Assembly (NCBI GenBank): GCA_963761665.1
Contig: CAVXHM010000005.1
Coordinates: 135,773 to 199,772, forward strand
From: an uncultured Actinomycetes bacterium
Lineage (GTDB): Bacteria; Actinomycetota; Thermoleophilia; Gaiellales; Gaiellaceae
Direction: 5' to 3'
Length of the DNA: 64,000 bases
Position numbers and translations under genes: made by a program. Positions within the stretch are counted from its first letter, which is position 1, and every line of letters begins with the position of its first letter. Below are positions 8,854-16,690 of the stretch, in pieces. The notes beneath the pieces were generated by a model. The model was not told the origin of the DNA and searched no databases. It saw only the letters and a list, made by a program, of their open reading frames with translations.

Positions 8854-9906
8854 GTGGCGATTCCCGTGCTGCTCGACCGTCTGCTCCGCGCGCCCGGGCC
8901 GTCCGGGCAGGAGTCTCTGCCCGCGGCGGTGTGGCGCGAGGCGGCCGCGTCCGTCGGCGAGGTCTCGGGCAACGTGCTCGGCTCGTCGTGGGTGCGCGTT
9001 CCCGGTGCGTCCGGCGGGCCGCTGCTCGCGGTCGTCGGCCACATCGACGAGATCGGCGTCGTCGTCACGCATGCCGGCGACGACGGGCTGCTGGCGGTGC
9101 GCGCGATCGGCGGGTGGGATCCGCACGTGCTGCTGGGGCAGCGCGTCGAGATCCTGACGCGCGACGGGCCGCTGCCGGCGGTGGTCAGCGCGCGGCGGGA
9201 GAAGCGCAGGCCCGGCTCGGAGCGGAAGCCCGTCTCGTTCGACGATCTGTTCCTCGACGTCGGCGCGCGGAACGGCGAGGAGGCGCGTGCGCTCGTCCGG
9301 CCCGGCGACTCCGCCGTGATCGCCGGCTCACCGGTGGAGCTGCGCAACGGACGGATCGCGTCGCGCTCGCTGGACAACCGGATCGGCGCCTATGTCGCGC
9401 TCGAGGTCGCGCGCCGCGCGGCCGAGGCGGGTACGCCGGGCGACGTCGCGGGGCTCGCTGTCGTCCAGGAGGAGGTCGGCGACTTCGCCGGCTCGCGAAC
9501 GGTGGCGTGGGAGCTCGAGCCTGCCGTCGCGATCGCAGTCGACGTCACCTACGCGACCGACGTGCGCGGCGGCGATCCAGAGGAGGACGGCGAGCACAAG
9601 CTCGGTAGCGGCGCCGTGATCATGCGCGGCCCGTCGATCCATCCGCGGGTGTTCGAGCTCTTGCACGAGACCGCGGAGGCGGAGAAGATCCCGTTCACGA
9701 TCGAGGTCTCGCGGGGCTCGACGAGCACGGATGCGGACGCCGTCTATCTCAGCCGCCGCGGCGTCGCGACCGGCCTCGTCTCCGTCCCGCTGCGCTCGAT
9801 GCACACGCCCGTCGAGACGATTGAGCTCGACGACGTCGAAGCGGCGGTCGCGTTGATCGTGGCGTTCGCCGGGCGCCTCGAGCGCGGCGTCTCGTTCGCG
9901 CGCTGA
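8854..9906 (+). CDS. M42-family metallo-aminopeptidase (FrvX/glutamyl aminopeptidase-like)
   Basis: 350-aa ORF with ...LLAVVGHIDEIGVVVTH...GGWDPHVLLGQRV...SRSLDNRIGAYVALE...VQEEVG...VDVTYATD...STDADAV...PLRSMHTPVE. Confidence 0.8.
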   Translation: MAIPVLLDRLLRAPGPSGQESLPAAVWREAAASVGEVSGNVLGSSWVRVPGASGGPLLAVVGHIDEIGVVVTHAGDDGLLAVRAIGGWDPHVLLGQRVEILTRDGPLPAVVSARREKRRPGSERKPVSFDDLFLDVGARNGEEARALVRPGDSAVIAGSPVELRNGRIASRSLDNRIGAYVALEVARRAAEAGTPGDVAGLAVVQEEVGDFAGSRTVAWELEPAVAIAVDVTYATDVRGGDPEEDGEHKLGSGAVIMRGPSIHPRVFELLHETAEAEKIPFTIEVSRGSTSTDADAVYLSRRGVATGLVSVPLRSMHTPVETIELDDVEAAVALIVAFAGRLERGVSFAR

Positions 9907-9912
9907 CCCCGC

Positions 9913-10000
9913 GGTGCCCGACACCCGGCGGCCGCTTGGTGCCTGGCACCAGAGAGCCGTTTGGTGCCAGACACTTCGTCACGACTTCGTGTCAGACACC
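9913..10000. repeat. array of palindromic units (GGTGYCWGRCACC family), inverted relative to the copy at 52171-52267
   Basis: Units: GGTGCCCGACACC 9913-9925, GGTGCCTGGCACC 9938-9950, GGTGCCAGACAC 9963-9974 and GTGTCAGACACC 9989-10000. The reverse complement of 9938-9974 is near-identical to 52230-52267. The reverse complement of 9964-9982 is identical to 52171-52189. Confidence 0.75.
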
Positions 10001-10011
10001 AGGGGTGCGGC

Positions 10012-10017
10012 TAGGCT
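10012..10017 (+). promoter_or_regulatory. candidate -10 box TAGGCT, 7 nt upstream of ATG 10025 (leaderless)
   Basis: Sequence reads TAGGCT ggccgac ATG. Confidence 0.4.
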
Positions 10018-10024
10018 GGCCGAC

Positions 10025-11176
10025 ATGACCAGAACCGTCATCGTCTCCGCTGTGCGGACGCCGTTCGGGAAGCTCGGCGGCGGGCTGAAGAACCGTCAGG
10101 CGACCGAGCTCGGCGGTCTCGCGATCCAGGCGGCGCTCGAGCGCGCAGGCATCGACGGCGGAGAGGTCGACTACGTGATCATGGGCCAGGTGCTGCAGGG
10201 CGGCGCCGGGCAGGCGCCCGCGCGGCAGGCCGCGGTCGCCGCGGGAATCCCGATCGAGGTGCCGGCGGACACGGTCAACAAGGTCTGCGCCTCCTCCATC
10301 CGCGCGGTCGAGATTGCCGACTCGATGATCCGCGCGGGCGACGCCGACGTGATCGTCACCGGCGGCATGGAGTCGATGTCGAACGCGCCGTACATCCTCA
10401 GCAAGGCCCGGTTCGGCTACCGGCTCGGCGACGGCTCGCTGATCGACCTGATGACCCACGACGGCCTCACGTCGTCGTTCGACGGGCAGCACATGGTGCA
10501 GCAGGCGTCGTTCGTCTCCCGCGAGCTCGGCATCCCGCGCGAGGAACAGGACCGGTGGGCGCTGCGCTCGCACGAGCGCGCGGCCGCCGCTCAGGACGCC
10601 GGCCTCTTCGATGACGAGATCGTCCCGGTCGGCGAGGTCGTCGCCGACGAGTCGGTGCGTCGCGACACGACTTACGAGAAGCTCGCCGGGCTCAAGCCCG
10701 TCTTCGACCCGGAAGGGACGACGACGGCCGGCAACGCTCCCGGCGTCAACGACGGCGCCTCATGCGTGATCGTCTGCTCGGAGGAGTACGCGCAGCGCCG
10801 CGGGCTCGAGCCGCTCGCCACGGTGCTCGCGCAGGGCTACGTCGCGGACGAGTTTGCCTACCTCGCGCGTACGCCGGCGAAGGCGGGCGCGCAGGCGCTC
10901 GAGCGCGCGGGCAAGGCGATCGGCGACGTGAAGCGTGTCGAGATCAACGAAGCGTTCGCCTCGGTCGCGTTCAACTCGACGAAGCTGCTCGGAGCCGATC
11001 CGGAGCTCGTCAACGTCAACGGCGGAGCGGTCGCGCTCGGCCACCCGATCGGCGCGAGCGGCGGCCGCATTCTCGGCACGCTCGTGCACGAGCTGCGTCG
11101 CGACGGCGGCGGGCTCGGACTCGCGGCAATCTGCTCCGGCGGAGGCCAGGGCGACGCGCTGCTGATCGAAGTCTAG
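10025..11176 (+). CDS. acetyl-CoA C-acetyltransferase (thiolase II)
   Basis: MTRTVIVSAVRTPFGKLGGGLKN...VNKVCASSIRAV...NEAFASV...NVNGGAVALGHPIGASGGRIL...LAAICSGGGQGDALLIEV. The thiolase active-site Cys, His and Cys motifs are present. Confidence 0.9.
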   Translation: MTRTVIVSAVRTPFGKLGGGLKNRQATELGGLAIQAALERAGIDGGEVDYVIMGQVLQGGAGQAPARQAAVAAGIPIEVPADTVNKVCASSIRAVEIADSMIRAGDADVIVTGGMESMSNAPYILSKARFGYRLGDGSLIDLMTHDGLTSSFDGQHMVQQASFVSRELGIPREEQDRWALRSHERAAAAQDAGLFDDEIVPVGEVVADESVRRDTTYEKLAGLKPVFDPEGTTTAGNAPGVNDGASCVIVCSEEYAQRRGLEPLATVLAQGYVADEFAYLARTPAKAGAQALERAGKAIGDVKRVEINEAFASVAFNSTKLLGADPELVNVNGGAVALGHPIGASGGRILGTLVHELRRDGGGLGLAAICSGGGQGDALLIEV

Positions 11177-11216
11177 GCCGAGACGGACCTCCGGCGGCGC
11201 GCCGGTCGTACCTACC

Positions 11217-12203
11217 GTGATGCGCCGGCTCGCCCTTCTTCTCTTCGCCGTCTCGCTCCTCGCCGCTCCGGCTGCACTCGCCGACGGACAGATGCCGTTC
11301 GCGGTTCAGGACGGAACGGGGCTCCTCTCCGCCGACTGGTCTGTGCGCTATCTCACGCTCGGCGCCGGCGAGAACACCGTGCTGGCGGAGGTGAGCGCGA
11401 AGGACGGCGAGCCGCTTCGCGAAACGAGCTTGCTGGGCTCGTACGGGATCCCGATGCTCACCGGCAACGTCGCCGCCGACGCGCTCTCGCACGACGGCAA
11501 GCTGCTCGTCGTCGCCGGCACTGCGCTCACCGGGCCGAGCCGCTTCCTCGTCTACGGCACGCGGACGCTGCGGCTGCGCAACTGGCTCGTGCTGCACGGG
11601 AGCTTCGCCTTCGACGCACTGTCGCCGGACGCTTCGCGGCTCTATCTGATCCAGCACACCGAGGCTGCGAACGGCGACTACGCGCACTACGTCGTGCGCG
11701 CGTACGACCTGCGCACGCACCGGCTGCTGCCGGGACGCGTCGCCGATCGCACGCAGAAGAGCTGGGTGATGGACGGCTACCCGGTGACGCGCGTGACGAG
11801 CGCCGACGGACGCTGGGTCTACACGCTCTACCAGAACGGCGGCGACGGCTATCCGTTCGTGCACGCGCTCGACACCGTCCGCGGGGTCGCGCACTGCATC
11901 GGCCTGCCGCTGGCGAACCAGAACGGCATCTACAACCTCGTCCTCGCGCTGCGCGACGACGGCAAGACGCTGGCCGTCCACTGGCAGAGCGGCCGGCCGT
12001 GGCTCGACGTGAACACCGCCACGTGGGGGATCAGCATGGCCGACGGCGGGACGCCGTGGTGGTGGATCGGCTCGGGCATCGGCGGCGGGGCTTTGCTCGC
12101 CGCTGCCGCTGCCGCGCTAATGCTCCGGCGCCGACTCCGTCAGGAAGTCGACGAGCAGGCGCGCGATGAGCTCCGGCTCGCGGAGCGTCAGGTAGTGGTC
12201 TGA
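11217..12203 (+). CDS. hypothetical secreted protein with signal peptide and C-terminal TM anchor
   Basis: 328-aa ORF. N-terminus MMRRLALLLFAVSLLAAPAALADG (signal). C-terminus WWWIGSGIGGGALLAAAAAALMLRRRLR (TM plus a basic stop-transfer). I recognise no family. Its 3' end overlaps the convergent hydrolase gene by 87 bp. Confidence 0.55.
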   Translation: MMRRLALLLFAVSLLAAPAALADGQMPFAVQDGTGLLSADWSVRYLTLGAGENTVLAEVSAKDGEPLRETSLLGSYGIPMLTGNVAADALSHDGKLLVVAGTALTGPSRFLVYGTRTLRLRNWLVLHGSFAFDALSPDASRLYLIQHTEAANGDYAHYVVRAYDLRTHRLLPGRVADRTQKSWVMDGYPVTRVTSADGRWVYTLYQNGGDGYPFVHALDTVRGVAHCIGLPLANQNGIYNLVLALRDDGKTLAVHWQSGRPWLDVNTATWGISMADGGTPWWWIGSGIGGGALLAAAAAALMLRRRLRQEVDEQARDELRLAERQVVV

Positions 12204-12896
12204 GTCGACCTCGACGTGGCGCGCGTTCGGTACGTCGCGCGCGACGAGCGGGCCGATCTCGCGCATGCCCGGTGGATCGTGACGGGCGGTGATCGCGAGC
12301 GTCGGCACGGCGAGCTCAGCGAGCCGCGGCGCAGCGGGCGACGCCGTCGCGCGCGGCTCGACTCCCGGCGGGAGGGGATCCGCGTCGGGTGTGGCGAGCC
12401 ACAGCTCGCGCATCAGGTCGTCGGCGCCGAGCGGCGCCCAGACTTCGAAGTCCACCGCCATCGCGGCATCGATGTCGCGCGCCGTCTCCGCGGCCTCGTA
12501 CGCGGCGTCCTGCTCCTCCGTCATGGCGCGGCTGTCGTGGCCGGAGAGCGCGGGTGCGACGCCGGCGACTGCCCAGCAGCGCTCCGGCGCCGCGAGCGCA
12601 GTGTCGAACGCGACGCGGCCGCCGAACGACAGGCCGACGAGCGCGGCGCGCGTCATCGCCAGCTCGTCGAGCAGGGCGACGACGTCGTCGACGAACGAGA
12701 ACGGAGCCGCCGGGCCCGTCGAGCGGCCGTAGAAGCGCTGGTCGAAGCGGACCGTCCGGAACCGCTCGGACAGCGGGAGGAACTGCGGCTCCCAGAGGCG
12801 CGCGTCGCCGAGGCCGCCGTGGATCAGCACGACGGCGTGGCCCTCGCCGGCCTCCTCGTACCAAAGGCGCGCTCCGTTCACCTCGGCCGTCGGCAT
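12117..12896 (-). CDS. alpha/beta-fold hydrolase
   Basis: MPTAEVNGARLWYEEAGEGHAVVLIHGGLGDARLW...ALVGLSFGGRVAF (GxSxG nucleophile elbow)...DSDHYLTLREPE. The ATG at 12896 lies within the longer ORF 12117..13493. Confidence 0.8.
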   Translation of the reverse strand: MPTAEVNGARLWYEEAGEGHAVVLIHGGLGDARLWEPQFLPLSERFRTVRFDQRFYGRSTGPAAPFSFVDDVVALLDELAMTRAALVGLSFGGRVAFDTALAAPERCWAVAGVAPALSGHDSRAMTEEQDAAYEAAETARDIDAAMAVDFEVWAPLGADDLMRELWLATPDADPLPPGVEPRATASPAAPRLAELAVPTLAITARHDPPGMREIGPLVARDVPNARHVEVDSDHYLTLREPELIARLLVDFLTESAPEH

Positions 12897-12902
12897 GGCG
12901 CG

Positions 12903-12912
12903 ACGATAGCCT
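12903..12912. promoter_or_regulatory. back-to-back overlapping -10 boxes in a 22-bp divergent intergenic region
   Basis: The plus strand reads ACGATAGCCT. TAGCCT (12907-12912) lies 6 nt before GTG 12919. On the minus strand, TATCGT (12908-12903) lies 6 nt before ATG 12896. Confidence 0.45.
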
Positions 12913-12918
12913 CCGCCC

Positions 12919-13749
12919 GTGGACTTCGAGCATGTTCTCGTCGTCGGCGCCGGCCAGATGGGCGGCGGGATCGCACAGGTCGTGGCCGCGTCCGGCCGCC
13001 GGGTCTCGCTGCACGACGCCGCGCCCGGAGCGGTCGACCGCGGTCTCGAGTCGATGCGCAAGAGCCTGACGCGGCTCGCGGAGAAGGGCGGCGCCGATCC
13101 CGACGGGGTGCTCGGCCGCGTCACCGCGGTGGACGACCTCGTCCCCGCCGACCTGCTGATCGAGGCGGTGGTCGAGGACGCGCAGGTGAAGGAAGCGATC
13201 TTCCGCGCCGCCGACGACGCGCTCCCGCCCGGGGCGATCCTCGCGTCGAACACGTCGTCGATCCCGATCACGTCGCTCGCCGCGGTGACATCGCGGCCGG
13301 AACGCGTGATCGGCATGCACTTCTTCAACCCGGTGCCGGTGCTGAAGCTCGTGGAGGTGATCCGCGGGCTGGAGACGTCGGACGAGACGGCCGCGGCGAT
13401 CGCTGCGCTCGCCGTCGATCTCGGCAAGACGCCGGCGGAGGCGCGCGACTTCCCCGGCTTCGTCTCCAACCGGATCTTGATGCCGTTCATCAACGAGGCG
13501 GCCTACGCGCTGCTCGAGGGCGTCGCCGAGGCGGAGGCGATCGACACGATCGCCAAGCTCGGGTTCGCGCATCCGATGGGGCCGCTCGCGCTCGCGGACC
13601 TGATCGGGCTCGACACGTGCGTCGCGATCATGGAGGTGCTGCACCGGGGCCTCGGCGACCCCAAGTACGCGCCGTGTTCTCTGCTCCGGCAGTACGTGCA
13701 GGCGGGCCGCCTTGGCCGAAAGACCGGACGGGGTTTCTACAGCTACTAG
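12919..13749 (+). CDS. hbd: 3-hydroxybutyryl-CoA dehydrogenase
   Basis: [26 protein letters not shown] (Rossmann GxGxxG)...SNTSSIPIT...[16 protein letters not shown]...[15 protein letters not shown]...[18 protein letters not shown]. Confidence 0.9.
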   Translation: MDFEHVLVVGAGQMGGGIAQVVAASGRRVSLHDAAPGAVDRGLESMRKSLTRLAEKGGADPDGVLGRVTAVDDLVPADLLIEAVVEDAQVKEAIFRAADDALPPGAILASNTSSIPITSLAAVTSRPERVIGMHFFNPVPVLKLVEVIRGLETSDETAAAIAALAVDLGKTPAEARDFPGFVSNRILMPFINEAAYALLEGVAEAEAIDTIAKLGFAHPMGPLALADLIGLDTCVAIMEVLHRGLGDPKYAPCSLLRQYVQAGRLGRKTGRGFYSY

Positions 13750-13752
13750 AGT
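13747..13752 (+). promoter_or_regulatory. candidate -10 box TAGAGT overlapping the hbd stop codon, 6 nt upstream of GTG 13759
   Basis: Sequence reads TAGAGT ctcgcc GTG. The TAG is the hbd stop codon. Confidence 0.35.
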
Positions 13753-13758
13753 CTCGCC

Positions 13759-14922
13759 GTGGACTTCGAGCTGAGTGCGGAGCAGAAGGAGATCCAGGCG
13801 CTCGCCCGCGAGTTCTCCCGGCAGGAGATCGAGCCGAACGCCGCGGCGTGGGACCGGGAGCACCGCTTCCCGCGCGAGGTGTTCGCGAAGCTGGCCGACC
13901 TCGGTCTGATGGGCACGTGCGTCCCCGAGGAGTACGGCGGCGCCGGAGCCGACTTCCTCTCCTACATCCTCGTGCTCGAGGAGCTGTCGCGCGGCGACGC
14001 GGGAGTCGGCGTCACGGTCGCGGTGCACACGAGCGCCGCCACGTTGCCGCTGCTCGCGTTCGGGACGGACGAGCAGCGCGCGCGTTTCGTGCCGCCGCTC
14101 GCGCGCGGCGAGCTGATCGGCGCGTTCGCGCTGACCGAGCCGGAAGCGGGCTCGGATGCGGGCGCGCTGCGCACGCGCGCAGACGCGGACGGCGACGGCT
14201 GGCGCATCACCGGCGCGAAGCAGTGGATCACGAGCGGCCGCTTCGCCGGCACCTTCATCCTCTTCGCGCGGACCGATCCCGACACGCCGGGCGCCGCCGG
14301 CGTCAGCGCATTCGTGCTCGACGCCGAGCACGTGCGCATCACGCGCGACGAGGAGAAGCTCGGGCTCAACTCGTCCGCCACCAACGACCTCGTCGTCGAG
14401 GGTGCGTTCGTCGGACGCGACCGGCTGCTGCACGAGGAGGGCAAGGGCTTCCAGGTGGCGATGGCCACGCTCGACGGCGGCCGGATCGGCATCGCCGCGC
14501 AGGCGGTCGGCATCGCGCAGGCGGCGTACGACGTCGCGCGCGAGTACGCGAAGGAGCGGCACGCGTTCGGGCAGCCGATCGCGCAGCTCCAGGCGATCCA
14601 GCACAAGCTCGCGAACATGTCGACCGAGATCGACGCGGCGCGGCTGCTCACCTACCGCGCGGCACTGCTGAAGGACCGCGGCGAGCCGCACACGGAGGCA
14701 GGCGCGAAGGCGAAGCTGTTCGCGTCGGAGATGGCCCGGCGTCAGACCGCCGAGGCGATCCAGGTCCTCGGGGGCTACGGGTACACGAAGGAGTTCCCGG
14801 TCGAGCGCTACTACCGCGACGCGAAGATCACGGAGATCTACGAGGGCACGAGCGAGATCCAGCGACTCGTCATCGCCCGCTCGATCCTCGGTCTCCAGCG
14901 CGAGCCGCGCACGGTCGCGTAG
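13759..14922 (+). CDS. acyl-CoA dehydrogenase (short-chain/butyryl-CoA type)
   Basis: 387-aa ORF: MDFELSAEQKEIQALAREFSRQEIEPNAAAWDREHRFP...GAFALTEPEAGSDAG...WITSG...LDGGRIGIAAQAVGIAQAAYD...GGYGYTKEFPVERYYRDAKITEIYEGTSEIQRLVIAR. Confidence 0.9.
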   Translation: MDFELSAEQKEIQALAREFSRQEIEPNAAAWDREHRFPREVFAKLADLGLMGTCVPEEYGGAGADFLSYILVLEELSRGDAGVGVTVAVHTSAATLPLLAFGTDEQRARFVPPLARGELIGAFALTEPEAGSDAGALRTRADADGDGWRITGAKQWITSGRFAGTFILFARTDPDTPGAAGVSAFVLDAEHVRITRDEEKLGLNSSATNDLVVEGAFVGRDRLLHEEGKGFQVAMATLDGGRIGIAAQAVGIAQAAYDVAREYAKERHAFGQPIAQLQAIQHKLANMSTEIDAARLLTYRAALLKDRGEPHTEAGAKAKLFASEMARRQTAEAIQVLGGYGYTKEFPVERYYRDAKITEIYEGTSEIQRLVIARSILGLQREPRTVA

Positions 14923-14931
14923 CCGTCGCGC

Positions 14932-15693
14932 GTGCCTGTCGACCTGACCGAGACGCGCGCGACCGCCGTGCAAGTGGCAGCCGAGTGGGGGCTGGAGCTG
15001 GCCGAGCCGTTCGCGCTTTCGAATTACTCGTACGTGGCGCCCGTGAGCGACGACGCCGTGCTGAAGGTCGCGTGGGCAGGCGACGACGAGTCGCTCCACG
15101 ACGTGGCGGCGCTCGAGCTCTGGGACGGCAACGGCGCGGTGCGCGTGCTGCGTGCCGACCCGGCCCGTCGCGCGTCGCTGCTCGAGCGGGCCGTCCCCGG
15201 GACGGACATCTCGCAGCTCGACGACGATGCCGCGACGGCGATCGCGGTGGACGTCGCCTCGCGGCTGTGGCTGCCGGCCGGCGCGCCGTTCCGTCCGGTG
15301 GAGCCGGAAGTACGGCGCTGGCTCGACGACGCCGAGCGGGAGGGGAGCGAGCTCGTCCCGCTTGCGCGCGAGCTGCTCGCGGAGATCGGCGCCGGCGCCG
15401 ACTGGCTCGTGCACGGCGACTTCCACCATCACAACATCCTTCGCCACGGCGAGCGCTTCGCCGCCATCGACCCGAAGCCGTACCTGGCCGACCGCGAGTA
15501 CGACGTGCCGTCGTTCCTCTGGAACCCGATGGACTACCGCATGGAGGACAGCGCGACCACCGAGCGGCGCATCGCGGCGTTCGCCGGCGCCGGTCTCGAC
15601 GAGGTCCGGATCCGCGCGTGGACGGTGATCCGCGGCGCGTACCTGCGCCCGGAGCTCGAGTACGTCGAGCCGCTCCGCGCGCTGCTCGGCTAG
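14932..15693 (+). CDS. aminoglycoside phosphotransferase family protein (APH(6)/streptomycin kinase-like)
   Basis: 253-aa ORF with ...AVLKVAWAGDDES...ALELWDGNGAVRVL...LVHGDFHHHNILRHGERFAAIDPKPYLADREYDV (Brenner-type HGDxxxxN catalytic loop and a downstream D). Confidence 0.65.
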   Translation: MPVDLTETRATAVQVAAEWGLELAEPFALSNYSYVAPVSDDAVLKVAWAGDDESLHDVAALELWDGNGAVRVLRADPARRASLLERAVPGTDISQLDDDAATAIAVDVASRLWLPAGAPFRPVEPEVRRWLDDAEREGSELVPLARELLAEIGAGADWLVHGDFHHHNILRHGERFAAIDPKPYLADREYDVPSFLWNPMDYRMEDSATTERRIAAFAGAGLDEVRIRAWTVIRGAYLRPELEYVEPLRALLG

Positions 15694-16235
15694 CGGAGCT
15701 CCGCCGCGGGCGCGACGCGCGCGTAGCCGCCGGCGAGCGCGGCGAGGAACGCCGCGTGGACGTCGGCGGCGGCGACCTCGCGGCCGTCGAAGGTGAGGCT
15801 CGGCGCGGCGCAGGCGTCGTGCGCGACGCTCGTCCCGAAGCCGAGATCCGCCGCGGCGCGGACGGTGGCGTCCACGCACATGCTCGTCATCATCCCGCAG
15901 ACGACGAGCGTGTCGACCCGTCGCTTGCGATTGCGCAGATAGCTCTCGAGGCCCGTGTCGCGAAAGCTGTTCGGGCGCGCCTTCTTCAGCACCATCTCCT
16001 CGCCCACCGGAGCGACCAGCGCGTGGATCTCGACCCCTTCCGTACCCGGCCGCATGAACGCCGCGTCGGGCGCATCCCAGACGTGCTGCATGTGCACGAT
16101 CGTCTCGCCCGAAGCGCGGAACGCGTCGAGCAGCACTCGCGCCTGCGCCGCCGCCTCCTCCGGGCCGGCGAGCGGAAACGCGCCGCCCGGGAAGTAGTCG
16201 TTCTGGATGTCCACCACGATCAACGCACGTGTCAT
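15690..16235 (-). CDS. isochorismatase-family cysteine hydrolase
   Basis: MTRALIVVDIQNDYFPGGAFPL...VHMQHV...DTLVVCGMMTSMCVDATVRAA (D-K-C triad context). Its stop shares the tetranucleotide CTAG with the convergent APH stop. Confidence 0.8.
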   Translation of the reverse strand: MTRALIVVDIQNDYFPGGAFPLAGPEEAAAQARVLLDAFRASGETIVHMQHVWDAPDAAFMRPGTEGVEIHALVAPVGEEMVLKKARPNSFRDTGLESYLRNRKRRVDTLVVCGMMTSMCVDATVRAAADLGFGTSVAHDACAAPSLTFDGREVAAADVHAAFLAALAGGYARVAPAAELR

Positions 16236-16690
16236 TCAGGCCTCCATTCGTACAGCGCGTCGGGCGTCTTCTCCTCGTTGCCCGAGCCGTCCGTCAGCTT
16301 GACGAGACGGCAGCCGCGGCGCTCGTAGAAGCGGCGCGCCGGCTCGTTCTGCTGGAAGACCCAGAAGGCGAAGCCGTCCGGCCGCCGTTCCTTCGCCCGC
16401 TCCAGCAGCGCGCTGCCGGCTCCGCGGCCCTGCGCGTCCGGATGCACGTAGAGCTGATCGAGCATCTCCGCCGACAGCACGGCCAGCCCGACGATGCGGC
16501 CGCCGTCCTCGGCCACCCAGACCTCCTCCGTCTCGACGAGGCGCCCGATGTAGCCGCGCTGCTCCTCGGGGGTGTGCAGCATCGGCAGGAATGTCAGCGT
16601 CGCGAACGAGGCGGCGAAGACCTCCGCCGCGGCGTCCGCGTCGTCCGGTCCGGCGAGCCTGACCTCCACGGGGCCTAATCTACGGCGCAT
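16232..16690 (-). CDS. GNAT-family N-acetyltransferase
   Basis: ...IVGLAVLSAEMLDQLYVHPDAQGRGAGSALLERAKE...FWVFQQNEPARRFYERRG (acetyl-CoA-binding motif A). The start is ATG 16690 or, more likely, GTG 16669. Confidence 0.8.
   Translation of the reverse strand: MRRRLGPVEVRLAGPDDADAAAEVFAASFATLTFLPMLHTPEEQRGYIGRLVETEEVWVAEDGGRIVGLAVLSAEMLDQLYVHPDAQGRGAGSALLERAKERRPDGFAFWVFQQNEPARRFYERRGCRLVKLTDGSGNEEKTPDALYEWRPE
16676..16682. promoter_or_regulatory. back-to-back overlapping -10 boxes (TAATCTA) between the GNAT and adenosyltransferase genes
   Basis: On the plus strand, TAATCT (16676-16681) lies 7 nt before ATG 16689. On the minus strand, TAGATT (16682-16677) lies 7 nt before GTG 16669. Confidence 0.45.

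Noticed and set aside
9744-9982. Small ORFs (76-84 aa) at 9744..9974, 9749..9982 and 51990..52244 with similar peptides (MSGTKRLSGARHQ..., MTKCLAPNGSLVPGTKRPPG..., MVPGTTEPFCVPGTSGPF...), considered as a possible small-protein family.
   Set aside because: The similarity arises because they translate the same palindromic DNA repeat (GGTGCCAGGCACC encodes GARH or VPGT in either direction). They overlap the ends of real genes and lack start contexts.
12216-16328. ORFs of 1370 aa (plus strand) and 1187 aa (12316..15879, minus strand) spanning five genes.
   Set aside because: The translations are Arg-rich nonsense. The same region is fully explained by five well-supported genes in other frames (hydrolase, hbd, acd, APH-like, isochorismatase-family).
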